From sequence record SRR22947725_1805: DNA of 64,000 nucleotides; one strand, written 5' to 3'. Every line of letters begins with the position of its first letter. Position 1 is the stretch's first letter. Below are positions 1 to 9,274 of the stretch, piece by piece. Made by a program: the position numbers and the translations under genes. Below the pieces are notes generated by a model that did not search any database, was not told the origin of the DNA, and saw nothing but the letters and a program-made list of their open reading frames with translations.

Positions 1-1421
1 AAGTCCTTGGCTATAGCGCCGGGGCGTGGAGTCGCATCGGTTCAATTCTGGTGGGCGACGATGCGGATGACTTTTTTGGAAGTGCAGTGTCGCTTAGTGA
101 TGATGGCACCCGGGTAGCGATCGGTGCCCCCTTCGACGATGACGGGGGAGGGTCCTCCGGTCACGTTCAAGTCTGGGAAAACGTGGGAGGCACCTGGTCC
201 CAAATGGGCGCGACCCTTGTGGGGGAGGACGCAGGCGAGAGGGCAGGGAGCTCTGTAGCAATTAGTGGGGATGGGACCACAGTGGTCATCGGGTCGCCCT
301 TCAATGACGATGGGGGAACAGACCGAGGTGAAGTCCGGGTTTATACCTGGAATAGCGGCACCTCCACGTGGGATCGCACAGGCACCGCCGACCTCCAGGG
401 CGAAGCTGACCAGGACCGCTTGGGGTATTCGGTCGCCATCAATACCGATGGAACGGTCATCGCCGCGGGCGCCAGAGACAACGATGGGACCGGTTCAGCC
501 GCTGGGCACGCGCGTGTCTACACCTGGAACACCGGAACCAGCCAATGGGACCAGCGCGGATCAGATATTGATGGCGAAGCGACCGGTGATCGTTTTGGCA
601 CAGCGGTATCGCTGAGCGCCGATGGCGATGCTCTGGCTGTTGGTGCACCCAAAAACAACATCGGCGGCACGGCCACCGATGCCGGGCACGTCCAGGTATA
701 CGACTGGAATTCGGGAACCTCAGCCTGGGTTCAGCGAGGCAGTGATGTGGATGGAGCGGCAGGGGACTTACTCGGAACCTCGGTCAGTCTCAGCAGTAGC
801 GGAAGTCGCCTCGCAGTGGGAGCACCGGGAGGTGACACCGGCGGAGTGGATGCCGGGTTTGCCAGGTTGTATGAATGGGACGGGGTTTCCTGGACAAGCC
901 TGGGTGTCGACCACGGAGGAAGTGCCGGGGATGAAGCGGGAACCGCCGTTTCTCTTAGTGGTGCTGGCAGTACCTTGGCGATGGGGCTCCCGTTCAACGA
1001 TGACGTAGCAGCGAATGCTGGGTTGGTCCAGGTCTTCACCTACACGCTGAGTGTGAGCGAGGTGGCCCAGGTTGCAGGAACACCGGGGATCTACCTGCAT
1101 GTCGCAGGGCCTGTGGGCAGAAGTGCCCAGGGGTCACCCGTGTATTACGGATCTGACCGGGTTGCCATCACCTCGACCTATCTTTTGAGCCTCACCTCGA
1201 CTACCGGGCGCACCCAGCGCATCCTGGCCACCGGAGTGGTGGATGCCAGGGGAAACCTCGAAGCAATGGCACCCCTGCCAGCACTGATGGCGGGAACCTA
1301 TGACGTGGTGTTCACCGGCCGACACCACGGGGGTGTGGGTCTGAGCTTGAGCGCTCGGATAACGATCGGGGATGATGGTCGAATCGTGAGCCTTCAGGAC
1401 AACGTGGCGGTCATGGACTAG
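1..1421 (+). CDS. FG-GAP/integrin beta-propeller repeat surface protein with a distinct C-terminal domain (5' partial)
   Basis: Six repeats of the pattern D-x-(F/A/L)-G-x-(A/S)-V-(S/A)-(L/I)-S-x-D-G-x-x-(L/V)-A-(V/I)-G-A-P. The frame stays open from base 3 to the ORF-track start at 51, so the gene begins upstream of the window. Confidence 0.85.
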   Translation, partial: VLGYSAGAWSRIGSILVGDDADDFFGSAVSLSDDGTRVAIGAPFDDDGGGSSGHVQVWENVGGTWSQMGATLVGEDAGERAGSSVAISGDGTTVVIGSPFNDDGGTDRGEVRVYTWNSGTSTWDRTGTADLQGEADQDRLGYSVAINTDGTVIAAGARDNDGTGSAAGHARVYTWNTGTSQWDQRGSDIDGEATGDRFGTAVSLSADGDALAVGAPKNNIGGTATDAGHVQVYDWNSGTSAWVQRGSDVDGAAGDLLGTSVSLSSSGSRLAVGAPGGDTGGVDAGFARLYEWDGVSWTSLGVDHGGSAGDEAGTAVSLSGAGSTLAMGLPFNDDVAANAGLVQVFTYTLSVSEVAQVAGTPGIYLHVAGPVGRSAQGSPVYYGSDRVAITSTYLLSLTSTTGRTQRILATGVVDARGNLEAMAPLPALMAGTYDVVFTGRHHGGVGLSLSARITIGDDGRIVSLQDNVAVMD

Positions 1422-1774
1422 TACATCAACAACTTCGAGCGCAAAATGCGCTCGTAGCTGGCGACGTCTCGTGCCAGAGCTAGATCGTTCCAGTCCACGA
1501 TCATGGCGATATCCCCACTGTCGTGGGTAATCAAGACGCAGGGTTCACGCCCAGCGCTTGCCAAGGAGATTTCTGGTGAGGCTTGCGCTGAGGACACCAC
1601 GGTGTGGGTGTGCCCCTCGCCTTCCAGGGTGGCGATCAGTGTTTTCCATGCTGGGGAAAGGCCGCGACGAGACTCGGTGATGGCAGCTAAGTTGCAGGAT
1701 CGAAAGCCCAGGAACCGGGCAAGGGGATACAGCACACCGCGTTTCCCGCGATACACCCCGGTGAGTTGTGCCAT
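1418..1774 (-). CDS. hypothetical protein (118 aa)
   Basis: ATG at 1774 preceded by an AAGGAGG Shine-Dalgarno; convergent 4-bp overlap with the FG-GAP gene; no recognised motif. Confidence 0.6.
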   Translation of the reverse strand: MAQLTGVYRGKRGVLYPLARFLGFRSCNLAAITESRRGLSPAWKTLIATLEGEGHTHTVVSSAQASPEISLASAGREPCVLITHDSGDIAMIVDWNDLALARDVASYERILRSKLLMY

Positions 1775-1779
1775 GAATC

Positions 1780-1813
1780 CTCCTTTTCACCACCCTAGGG
1801 CGGTGAAAAGGAG
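1780..1813 (-). promoter_or_regulatory. strong stem-loop overlapping the SD of the 118-aa gene (terminator-like or translation-occluding)
   Basis: Minus strand CTCCTTTTCACCGCCC-TA-GGGTGGTGAAAAGGAG; the 3' arm contains AAGGAG, 5 nt before the ATG at 1774. Confidence 0.55.
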
Positions 1814-1825
1814 AGACCCTGTGAC

Positions 1826-1930
1826 TTAGGCTCCAAGCCCCGCGAGTTCCGCTTCGGCCATTTCCTGAGCAGCGCTCTTGGCGCGAAGGGGGATTTCTTT
1901 GATGAACCAGCTGATGATGAAGCCCAGGAC
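1826..1930 (-). pseudogene. C-terminal remnant of a DHA2/EmrB-QacA-type MFS transporter
   Basis: Minus strand reads VLGFIISWFIKEIPLRAKSAAQEMAEAELAGLGA*, resembling the last TM helix and KE(I/V)PLR tail of actinobacterial MDR MFS proteins. No ATG/GTG/TTG lies in frame between the ABC stop at 1982 and this helix. Confidence 0.6.
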
Positions 1931-1981
1931 ATTTCCCCGAGAAAACCGAGCTTCTCTATTTACCCAGACTAGGACGAAGCC

Positions 1982-3790
1982 TTAGACGAGGGAATCGAGC
2001 CATGCTTTGTGGAGGGTCGCGAAGCGACCGGTTCCCTTACGCAGTTCCAGGGAAGGCCCATCTTCGACAATCACGCCGCCATCCATGACCAAAATTCGAT
2101 CAGCAATCTCCACGGTGGAAAGGCGGTGGGCGATGATGATCGCGGTTCGATCTGCCAAGAGTGTCTGAAGACCGTGTTGCACCAGGCGCTCACTAGGAAT
2201 GTCGAGGGATGCGGTGGCTTCATCGAGTATCAACACTCGGGGGTCTGCAATAAATGCCCGGGCAAAGGACACCAGCTGGCGCTGACCGGCAGAGAGCCTG
2301 CCCCCGCGCTTATTCACGTCGGTGTCATAGCCCTCGGGCAAAGCCGTAACAAAATCATGCGCTCCCACAGCACGGGCTGCTTGGTGAACTTCCTCGAGCG
2401 TGGCATCTGGTTTTCCCAGGCGAATGTTTTCTGAAACGCTGCCGGAAAACATATACGCCTCTTGGGTGACCAAGACCACGGATTGACGAAGATCGCGATC
2501 GGCGATGTTGCGAAGATCGACCCCATCCAGGGAAACAACACCCTTCGTGGGGTCATAAAAACGCGCAATCAGCTTGGCAAGAGTTGATTTCCCGGCGCCT
2601 GTTGCCCCGACCAGGGCAACAATTTGACCGCCCGGAATATCAAGATCAAAGGGTGGCAACACCTGGGCTTCATCGTTGTAGCGAAAGCTCACCCCCGCAA
2701 AAGACAACCCGCCGGTGTGCGAGGTGAAGGGTTGGGGCTCTGCTGGTTCAGCGAGAGCTGGGACTTCTTCTAAGACACCGGAGATTTTTTCCAACGCAGC
2801 CGAGGCGGATTGGAACGAGTTATAAAACATGGCCAAGTTTTCAATGGGGCTAAAGAAGTTTCGGGTATACAACACCGCAGCCAGCAGCACACCAATTTCA
2901 ATACCGCCCTCGAGCAACCGGAACGCACCCAGTAGCAGCACCACGGCGACCGTGATGCTGCCGATTACTTTCAGCATCGGGTCATAGAGACCAAAAATCG
3001 CAATCGTGCGCCGGGTGGCTTCGCGGTAATCTTCCACTTTTTCTGAGTAGGTTTCGCGGTTGATACTTTCGCGACGAAACGACTTCACCGCACGGATACC
3101 CGCCATGCTTTCCACGAACTGAATAATCAAGCGCGCAGAGAACGTGCGCGAGTTTCTAAACTCGCGCCTGGAGGCAATAGAAAACCACCAGGTGGCAGCC
3201 ATCACGGGAAGAATCGCGCCAACGAGGGGCAGGGCACTCCACGGATCGAGCAACAGCAGAGCACCGGTGGTGAAACCCATGAACAAGACACCTTGAACCA
3301 GGTTCCCCACACCACCATTGAGAAGTTCTCCGAGTGTTGAAATATCACTGGTTTGGCGGGCAATGATACGCCCGGAGGTGTATTTCTCATGAAAGCTCAT
3401 GCTTAAGCGCTGGGTGTGAGCAAAAACACGCAAACGAAGCTCGTTCATGATGTCTTGGCTGATCGTGATGGACCACTTGGTATACACCGCGAGTAATGCC
3501 GCGGCACCAAAGCCAGAGATGAGGAATCCGGCAGCAATCAGAATCAGCGGCGTGAAGTTTCCTTGCTCCATGGCAGCGGGAAGACCCTGGTCAATTCCCA
3601 TAGCGATAAACGCTGGGCCGGCAACTTGGAGACCGACGCTGAAGACGACCACCACCATGGTGGCGATAAAGCGTCGGCGGTGGGGTGTGACGATATCCAG
3701 CAGCAGGGCGAAGGACCGCCGCCTAATCTGTTTGCTTTGTTCTTTGGTGAGAGAGTTCTTGTCTTCGCCTTGGACGCCATGCATGCTCAT
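1982..3790 (-). CDS. ABC exporter half-transporter (TMD+NBD), heterodimer subunit 2
   Basis: Multi-TM N-terminus, Walker A GATGAGKS, signature LSAGQ, Walker B ILDEA, H-loop AHRL. Confidence 0.92.
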   Translation of the reverse strand: MSMHGVQGEDKNSLTKEQSKQIRRRSFALLLDIVTPHRRRFIATMVVVVFSVGLQVAGPAFIAMGIDQGLPAAMEQGNFTPLILIAAGFLISGFGAAALLAVYTKWSITISQDIMNELRLRVFAHTQRLSMSFHEKYTSGRIIARQTSDISTLGELLNGGVGNLVQGVLFMGFTTGALLLLDPWSALPLVGAILPVMAATWWFSIASRREFRNSRTFSARLIIQFVESMAGIRAVKSFRRESINRETYSEKVEDYREATRRTIAIFGLYDPMLKVIGSITVAVVLLLGAFRLLEGGIEIGVLLAAVLYTRNFFSPIENLAMFYNSFQSASAALEKISGVLEEVPALAEPAEPQPFTSHTGGLSFAGVSFRYNDEAQVLPPFDLDIPGGQIVALVGATGAGKSTLAKLIARFYDPTKGVVSLDGVDLRNIADRDLRQSVVLVTQEAYMFSGSVSENIRLGKPDATLEEVHQAARAVGAHDFVTALPEGYDTDVNKRGGRLSAGQRQLVSFARAFIADPRVLILDEATASLDIPSERLVQHGLQTLLADRTAIIIAHRLSTVEIADRILVMDGGVIVEDGPSLELRKGTGRFATLHKAWLDSLV

Positions 3791-5700
3791 GTGCTCACCT
3801 CGTCATCCCGACGAATCAAACGGGCATCATCTTCAAGGCCAGAGGATTCAATAATTTCTAGTTCCACCGTGGAATCGGTGACTTCCCGGTCTTCCCGGGG
3901 GGACTGGTCTGTGTCAGCGAGAGAAGAAATAACACTGCGGTAGCTGGGAGAAGTTTCCAGAAGCTCAGCGTGGGTTCCCACCGCAGCAATTTTTCCCTTT
4001 TCCAGCAGAGCAACCCGGTCCGCCAACATCACGGTGGAGGGTCGATGGGCAACGACTAAAGCGGTTGTGGTGGCTAAGACTTTGCGAAGTGCTGATTCCA
4101 CTCGAGCTTCTGTTGCCACATCCAGTGCCGAGAGTGGATCATCCAGAACCAACACTTCAGGGCCTGCGGCAATCGCTCGCGCAAGCGCTAATCGTTGACG
4201 CTGGCCGCCAGACAGGCTGAGCCCTTGTTCCCCAATGATGGTGTCAACACCGTCTGGCAAATCATAAACAAAGCCCGCCTCGGCGACATCGATGGCCTGG
4301 GTGAGAATCGCCTGAGCTTCGGGGCTGCCTGAGTCAGCCAGGTCGTGCCGACCGAGTAACACGTTGTCTCTGACACTTGCGGAGAACAAGGTGGCATCTT
4401 CAAACGCCATGGCAATGCGGGTGCGAAGCGACTCGAGAGAAATATCTCGAATATCCACACCATCCAAGAGGATGCGACCACCGGTGACGTCATACAGACG
4501 CCCAGGAAGCGCGGTGACCGTTGTTTTGCCGCTGCCGGTCACCCCCACCAAAGCCATGGTTTCACCGGGGCGAATATCCAGTGTGATGCCATCGATGAGG
4601 TCCCTGGTTCCAGGTTCGGTATCGGCATGACGGAAGTGAACATTTTCAAAGACGAGGGATCCCTTCCCCGCTATCGGGGGGATAACCTCACCACTATCGA
4701 TGATCGTGTTGGTTTCCTCCATCACCTCGAAGATGCGGTCCAAGCCGCTACGCGCTTCAAAGGTCAGGGCCAAGAGATAGCCAATGGAAGCAATGGGTCC
4801 CGCCAACACTGCGGCGGTGGCGAAGAAGGCGAAGAGCTCACCGGTGGTGAGCTCGCCTCTACTGGCGAGCCAGATTCCCAGCGCTAAGCAGCTTGCTAGG
4901 GCAAAGTCAGGAATCCACCCCAACCAGAATCCCAGGGTGGCAAGCGTGCTACCTTTTTCAACCTCTAAGTCCCTACCGCGCGAAGCGCGGGTGGTAAATC
5001 GAGCAAGGGCGTCACTGCCGCGTCCAAATGACTTGAGAATTCGGATGCCGTGCACGGATTCCTCGACCGAGGTTGCCACGTCACCCCATTGGTCTTGGGT
5101 GATGCGGGCAAGGCCAGAAAAGCGTTGGCGAAATCGGGAGCCAAAAATCAGCATGGGGATGGAGGAGAGCAGGAACACTGCTGCCAACAGGGGACTCCAG
5201 GTGAAGAGGATGGCCACACCCAAGAGAATCGTGATGGAGTTGGAGATCAACAAAATCATCCCAAAGGACATCCAGCGTCGCACCAGGCTGACATCGGTTT
5301 GGGCCCTGGAGAGGAGCTGTCCGCTCTGCCAGGAATCGTGGAACGAAACGGGCAGATCTTGAACGTGGTTATAGATGGCGGCGCGTAATTTGGCATCGAT
5401 TCGGGTGCCAGGGGTGAGGACTGTGACCCGGCGCAGATAGACAAAGAGTGCTTCCATCAATCCCAAGAGCGCCACAAGCCCCGCTGCACCCCAAATCAGT
5501 GCGGTGTCGCCGGTTTGGAGAGGCCCATCCACGAGGGCTTCCAGTGTGAGAGGAATGGCAAGAGCAAACCCGCTGGAGATGATGGCAATGACAATTCCCA
5601 GGCCTAAGCGCGGCAAATCTGCTTTGGCGTAGGGGAGGACGCGGGCAAGAGACCGGAAGACTCCCGGCTCTCGAGAGGGGATAGATACAGGCTGCGTCAT
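3787..5700 (-). CDS. ABC exporter half-transporter (TMD+NBD), heterodimer subunit 1 with degenerate site
   Basis: Walker A GVTGSGKT, LSGGQ, Walker B LVLDDP (catalytic Glu replaced by Asp); 4-bp overlap with partner gene. Confidence 0.92.
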   Translation of the reverse strand: MTQPVSIPSREPGVFRSLARVLPYAKADLPRLGLGIVIAIISSGFALAIPLTLEALVDGPLQTGDTALIWGAAGLVALLGLMEALFVYLRRVTVLTPGTRIDAKLRAAIYNHVQDLPVSFHDSWQSGQLLSRAQTDVSLVRRWMSFGMILLISNSITILLGVAILFTWSPLLAAVFLLSSIPMLIFGSRFRQRFSGLARITQDQWGDVATSVEESVHGIRILKSFGRGSDALARFTTRASRGRDLEVEKGSTLATLGFWLGWIPDFALASCLALGIWLASRGELTTGELFAFFATAAVLAGPIASIGYLLALTFEARSGLDRIFEVMEETNTIIDSGEVIPPIAGKGSLVFENVHFRHADTEPGTRDLIDGITLDIRPGETMALVGVTGSGKTTVTALPGRLYDVTGGRILLDGVDIRDISLESLRTRIAMAFEDATLFSASVRDNVLLGRHDLADSGSPEAQAILTQAIDVAEAGFVYDLPDGVDTIIGEQGLSLSGGQRQRLALARAIAAGPEVLVLDDPLSALDVATEARVESALRKVLATTTALVVAHRPSTVMLADRVALLEKGKIAAVGTHAELLETSPSYRSVISSLADTDQSPREDREVTDSTVELEIIESSGLEDDARLIRRDDEVST

Positions 5701-5776
5701 GAGTTTTACAGACTACTCCGATGCCCCGACTCGTATCGGGGCGTTCGCTGGAAGGAGTGAAGCTCACACTTTGGCG

Positions 5777-5791
5777 TGATACTTTTCAGCG
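5777..5791 (+). promoter_or_regulatory. extended -10 promoter, probable leaderless transcript for the PKS operon
   Basis: TG-A-TACTTT followed by 6 nt and then the ATG at 5792; no SD. Confidence 0.5.
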
Positions 5792-6841
5792 ATGGTGCGA
5801 ATCCTCAGTGTTGAGCCGGCTCTGCCCGCCTACCCGCACGCTCAAGCGGACATCACCGAAGAACTGGTGGATGGTTTAGCCACCGATGGCACCATGGCAG
5901 AAGTCATCAGGCGCATTCACCGCTCCACCGGCGTGGACACCAGACACTTGGTGATGCCGATCAAGGACTATCGCAGCATTGAGGGCTTCACCCATGCCAA
6001 CACTCTTTTCCGCGAGCACGCTCTTGCGCTTGCCACCACAGCCATCGCGGGGGCACTTGAAAAAGCCGGGCTTACTGCTGCGGAGGTGGATTACCTCTTC
6101 TTCACGACAGTGACAGGTGTGGGCGCACCCTCCCTCGATGTCGAACTGGTGACGACACTCGGTTTTCGACCCGATGTAATCCGGGTGCCAAGCTTTGGGT
6201 TGGGCTGTGTCGCAGGGGCATCAGCGATTGCCCGGGTAGCGGATTATTTGCGCGGTCACCCCACCTCTATTGGGTTAGTGGTTTCCGTTGAATTGTGTTC
6301 TCTGACCGTCCAGTGGGATGACCCCTCCATGGCGAACATCGTGGGAACTGGGCTTTTTGGCGATGGTGCCGCAGCGGTGGTCATGGTGGGAGAGCAATCC
6401 CCCCACATAGGCGGCATCAACGTCACCGGTTCGCGCAGTGCCGTGTATCCCGATAGCTCCGAAGCCATCGGCTGGAACATTGGGACCAGCGGATTTCGCC
6501 TCATGCTGAGCCCCGCTGTGCCCCACCTGATCGATCAGCACCTAGCCGGTGACATCGACGCCCTACTTGCCGAAAAAGGCCTCACCCGGGCCGATATTGG
6601 ATCCTGGATTGCCCACCCTGGGGGACCACGGGTATTAGAAGCATTCTCCGAAGCACTCGATTTAGCCCCGATTGATTTAGCGACCAGCTGGCAAGTGATG
6701 GGAGAGGTGGGAAACCTCTCCTCCAGTGCAGTCCTGCATGTCCTGGCTCGCTCCCTAGAGCGAAAGCCAGGACACAAAGCCCTGCTGTTTGCTTTGGGGC
6801 CAGGAATCAGCGTCGAAATCGTCCTCTTGGAGTGGCCATGA
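5792..6841 (+). CDS. type III polyketide synthase (chalcone/stilbene synthase family, SrsA/AgqA-like)
   Basis: Catalytic triad motifs GLGCVAG (Cys), AHPGG (His), GNLSS (Asn); also ELCSL, LFGDGAAA and C-terminal LGPG. Confidence 0.93.
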   Translation: MVRILSVEPALPAYPHAQADITEELVDGLATDGTMAEVIRRIHRSTGVDTRHLVMPIKDYRSIEGFTHANTLFREHALALATTAIAGALEKAGLTAAEVDYLFFTTVTGVGAPSLDVELVTTLGFRPDVIRVPSFGLGCVAGASAIARVADYLRGHPTSIGLVVSVELCSLTVQWDDPSMANIVGTGLFGDGAAAVVMVGEQSPHIGGINVTGSRSAVYPDSSEAIGWNIGTSGFRLMLSPAVPHLIDQHLAGDIDALLAEKGLTRADIGSWIAHPGGPRVLEAFSEALDLAPIDLATSWQVMGEVGNLSSSAVLHVLARSLERKPGHKALLFALGPGISVEIVLLEWP

Positions 6842-7356
6842 TCCTTTACACCGCCTTCGTTTTTGCCACCGGCTTAGAAAGACTCTGGGAATTACGTATT
6901 TCCCGGCGCAACGCAGCCCTCGCTTTTGAGCGAGGGGGCAAAGAATTTGGTTTTTCCCACTTCCCCTGGATGGTGGTGTTGCACACGGGGTTGCTGTTTG
7001 CCGCCGTTGCAGAAGTGTGGATTTTTGACCGGCCTTTCCTGCCTGTCTGGGGATGGGTGTTTCTCGCGCTTGCCGTCTTATGCCAGGTGGGACGCTACTG
7101 GGTGATTTCTGCGCTGGGAGATCAGTGGAACACCAGAGTGATCGTGGTGCCAGGAGCTACCAGGGTGCGCCGTGGCCCCTACCGCTTCACCTGGCTGTCT
7201 CACCCCAACTACTGGATTGTCGCCATCGAAGGCATTGCGTTGCCGATGATTCATTCGGCCTGGGTGACAGCGATTGCCTTTACGATCCTCAACGCCATCC
7301 TGCTGTTGGGATTCCGTATTCCCACCGAAAATAAAGCGTTAGCGTCCCTGACATGA
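6838..7356 (+). CDS. isoprenylcysteine carboxyl methyltransferase family membrane methyltransferase (SrsB-like)
   Basis: RLWELRIS, LGDQWNTRV, GPYR and HPNY motifs, hydrophobic; overlaps the PKS stop. Confidence 0.88.
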   Translation: MILYTAFVFATGLERLWELRISRRNAALAFERGGKEFGFSHFPWMVVLHTGLLFAAVAEVWIFDRPFLPVWGWVFLALAVLCQVGRYWVISALGDQWNTRVIVVPGATRVRRGPYRFTWLSHPNYWIVAIEGIALPMIHSAWVTAIAFTILNAILLLGFRIPTENKALASLT

Positions 7357-8393
7357 TCACCCACGATGTGACCATCGTGGGGGCGGGCCCTGTGGGCCTC
7401 GCCACCGCCATATTTGCCAGGAATGCCGGGTTGAGTGTCCAGGTCTTAGATGGTGGAGCTATCGATGGCGACAAAGCGTGCGGTGAAGGCTTGATGCCTG
7501 GCACAGCACCTCTTCTGGCGGAGTTGGGGATTGACCCCCCAGGACATGCTTTAGAAGGAGTGGTCTATCACCAGGGTTCCACCCGCGTGGAACATTTGTT
7601 TCCCGGTAAACCAGGACGCGGGGTTCGACGCACAGCGCTTCGGGACGCGCTTGTTCAGAGAGCGCACGATGGTGGCGTGGTTATTGAGCGAGCGAAGTAT
7701 GTTTCCCTCACCCAAGATGCCCACAGCGCCACCGTGACCACTGACTCAGGCCAGCACCTCACGTCCCGCTATGTCATTGGCTGCGATGGTCTGCATTCCC
7801 GTGTTGCCGAGGATTTGGGTGTGGTGAAGAAAGCTCCTCGCGGCGCCAAACGCTACGGGCTTCGTCAACACTTCGCGGTATCACCCTGGTCTTCGAGTAT
7901 CGAGGTGTTTTATAGCCCTGATGCCGAGGTCTACATCACCCCGGTGTCTTCTGACACCGTGGGTGTTGCCGTATTGGGGCCCAAAGGCGTGAACTTAGAC
8001 AGCTCCATTGCTTCGATACCCGCGCTTCACGCCAAGCTCGCAGGGGCACAGCCCGCTTCCACGCTTCGTGGAGCGGGTCCTTTCCCTCACAAAGCCAGGA
8101 CGCAACGCATCGGCCGGGTCCTGTTAGTAGGGGATTCGGGCGGATATGTGGATGCCATTACGGGCGAGGGCCTTCGCGTCGGGTTTGCCCAAGCCAAAGC
8201 AGCCGTTGAAGCACTGAGCAAAGATGCACCGGGGACATACCCACTGGCGTGGAAGCGGGTGACCAGGGAGTTTCGGATTCTGACCAAAGGCTTGGTCGCG
8301 CTCGCTTCGTCACCGCTTCGCAGCAGTATTGTTCCCCTCGCCCACGCCATTCCCGGCCTTTTTGGGATCATCGTCAACCGTCTGGCCCGCTAA
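7353..8393 (+). CDS. FAD-dependent monooxygenase/oxidoreductase (SrsC-like)
   Basis: GAGPVG Rossmann motif, KACGEGL, GCDG, LVGDSGGYVDAITGEG. Confidence 0.88.
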   Translation: MITHDVTIVGAGPVGLATAIFARNAGLSVQVLDGGAIDGDKACGEGLMPGTAPLLAELGIDPPGHALEGVVYHQGSTRVEHLFPGKPGRGVRRTALRDALVQRAHDGGVVIERAKYVSLTQDAHSATVTTDSGQHLTSRYVIGCDGLHSRVAEDLGVVKKAPRGAKRYGLRQHFAVSPWSSSIEVFYSPDAEVYITPVSSDTVGVAVLGPKGVNLDSSIASIPALHAKLAGAQPASTLRGAGPFPHKARTQRIGRVLLVGDSGGYVDAITGEGLRVGFAQAKAAVEALSKDAPGTYPLAWKRVTREFRILTKGLVALASSPLRSSIVPLAHAIPGLFGIIVNRLAR

Positions 8394-9221
8394 ATGGCGA
8401 TGGCCGGGGCTTTATTGCGCTCCACCCACCCCGGCCCCTCTTTCAGCGTTGCGGCTCTTGCGGCGATTCTGTCCTGGGGGTTTGGGGTGGGTCTGATTCC
8501 TGCGATCCTGGTTGTCTTGTCGGTGTTGTTTAATCAGTTCTCCGTGGGACTATCTAATGACGCCATTGACGCACCGCGTGATCACGAAGCGAAACGCAGC
8601 GATAAACCCGTGGTGGCCGGCGAGATTTCCCTGGTGGGCGTGTGGGCATGGGCGATTATCTTCGCGGTGGTGTCTCTGACTCTCGCAGGCCTTCTTCACC
8701 CGGGTGTTTTGATTTCTCAAGCCGTGTTCTTGCTCGCTGGTTGGTTCTATAACGCAGGGCTCAAATCAACGGTGTATTCGGCACTTGCCTATGCGGTGGG
8801 GTTTGGTGCTCTGCCGGCCATCATCAGTTATGCGGCACAGTCCGTCGCTTTTCCACCCTGGTGGAGTGTGGTGATCGCTGCGGGGCTGGGAATAGCGGCC
8901 CACTTTGGCAATGTGGTGCCCGATAGGGAAGATGACGCGGCTCAGGGTGTTCGAGGGTTGCCCCAACGGTTGCCCGCTCGGGTGGCCGCAGGCGTACTGA
9001 CCGGCATGATCATCGTGATGGCTGGCGTTTTGGTCTTAGGCGCAGGGACACAGGCTTTTCCCGCATCAATCCCGAGTGCTGCGGTTGCCATCATGGTCGC
9101 TGTGGCCGGTGGTGTTTGGGCTCTTTCGCGCCCCCAGTCACGCTGGGCTTTTCGGGCATCAATCGTTGCCTCGTTGGTGTTAGCCGCCGGGCTCACCGGA
9201 TCTGTGTTGTTGGCGGGCTAA
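8394..9221 (+). CDS. UbiA family prenyltransferase
   Basis: NDAIDAPRD...RSDKP first Asp-rich motif, YNAGLK, NVVPDREDD second motif, multiple TM helices. Confidence 0.88.
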   Translation: MAMAGALLRSTHPGPSFSVAALAAILSWGFGVGLIPAILVVLSVLFNQFSVGLSNDAIDAPRDHEAKRSDKPVVAGEISLVGVWAWAIIFAVVSLTLAGLLHPGVLISQAVFLLAGWFYNAGLKSTVYSALAYAVGFGALPAIISYAAQSVAFPPWWSVVIAAGLGIAAHFGNVVPDREDDAAQGVRGLPQRLPARVAAGVLTGMIIVMAGVLVLGAGTQAFPASIPSAAVAIMVAVAGGVWALSRPQSRWAFRASIVASLVLAAGLTGSVLLAG

Positions 9222-9274
9222 GTGTGTGGCGGCGGAGGGTTCCCGTTTTCAGCTCCAGGCTCTAGGGTGAGAAA

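Noticed and set aside
1826-1984. Stop-codon read-through fusing the ABC exporter to the MFS-like tail
   Set aside because: The shared frame has a one-in-three chance, the stop is TAA, and the ABC C-terminus (WLDSLV) looks complete.
5721-5744. Hairpin ATGCCCCGA-CTCGTA-TCGGGGCGT between divergent genes
   Set aside because: Short, upstream of both starts, and no function can be assigned.
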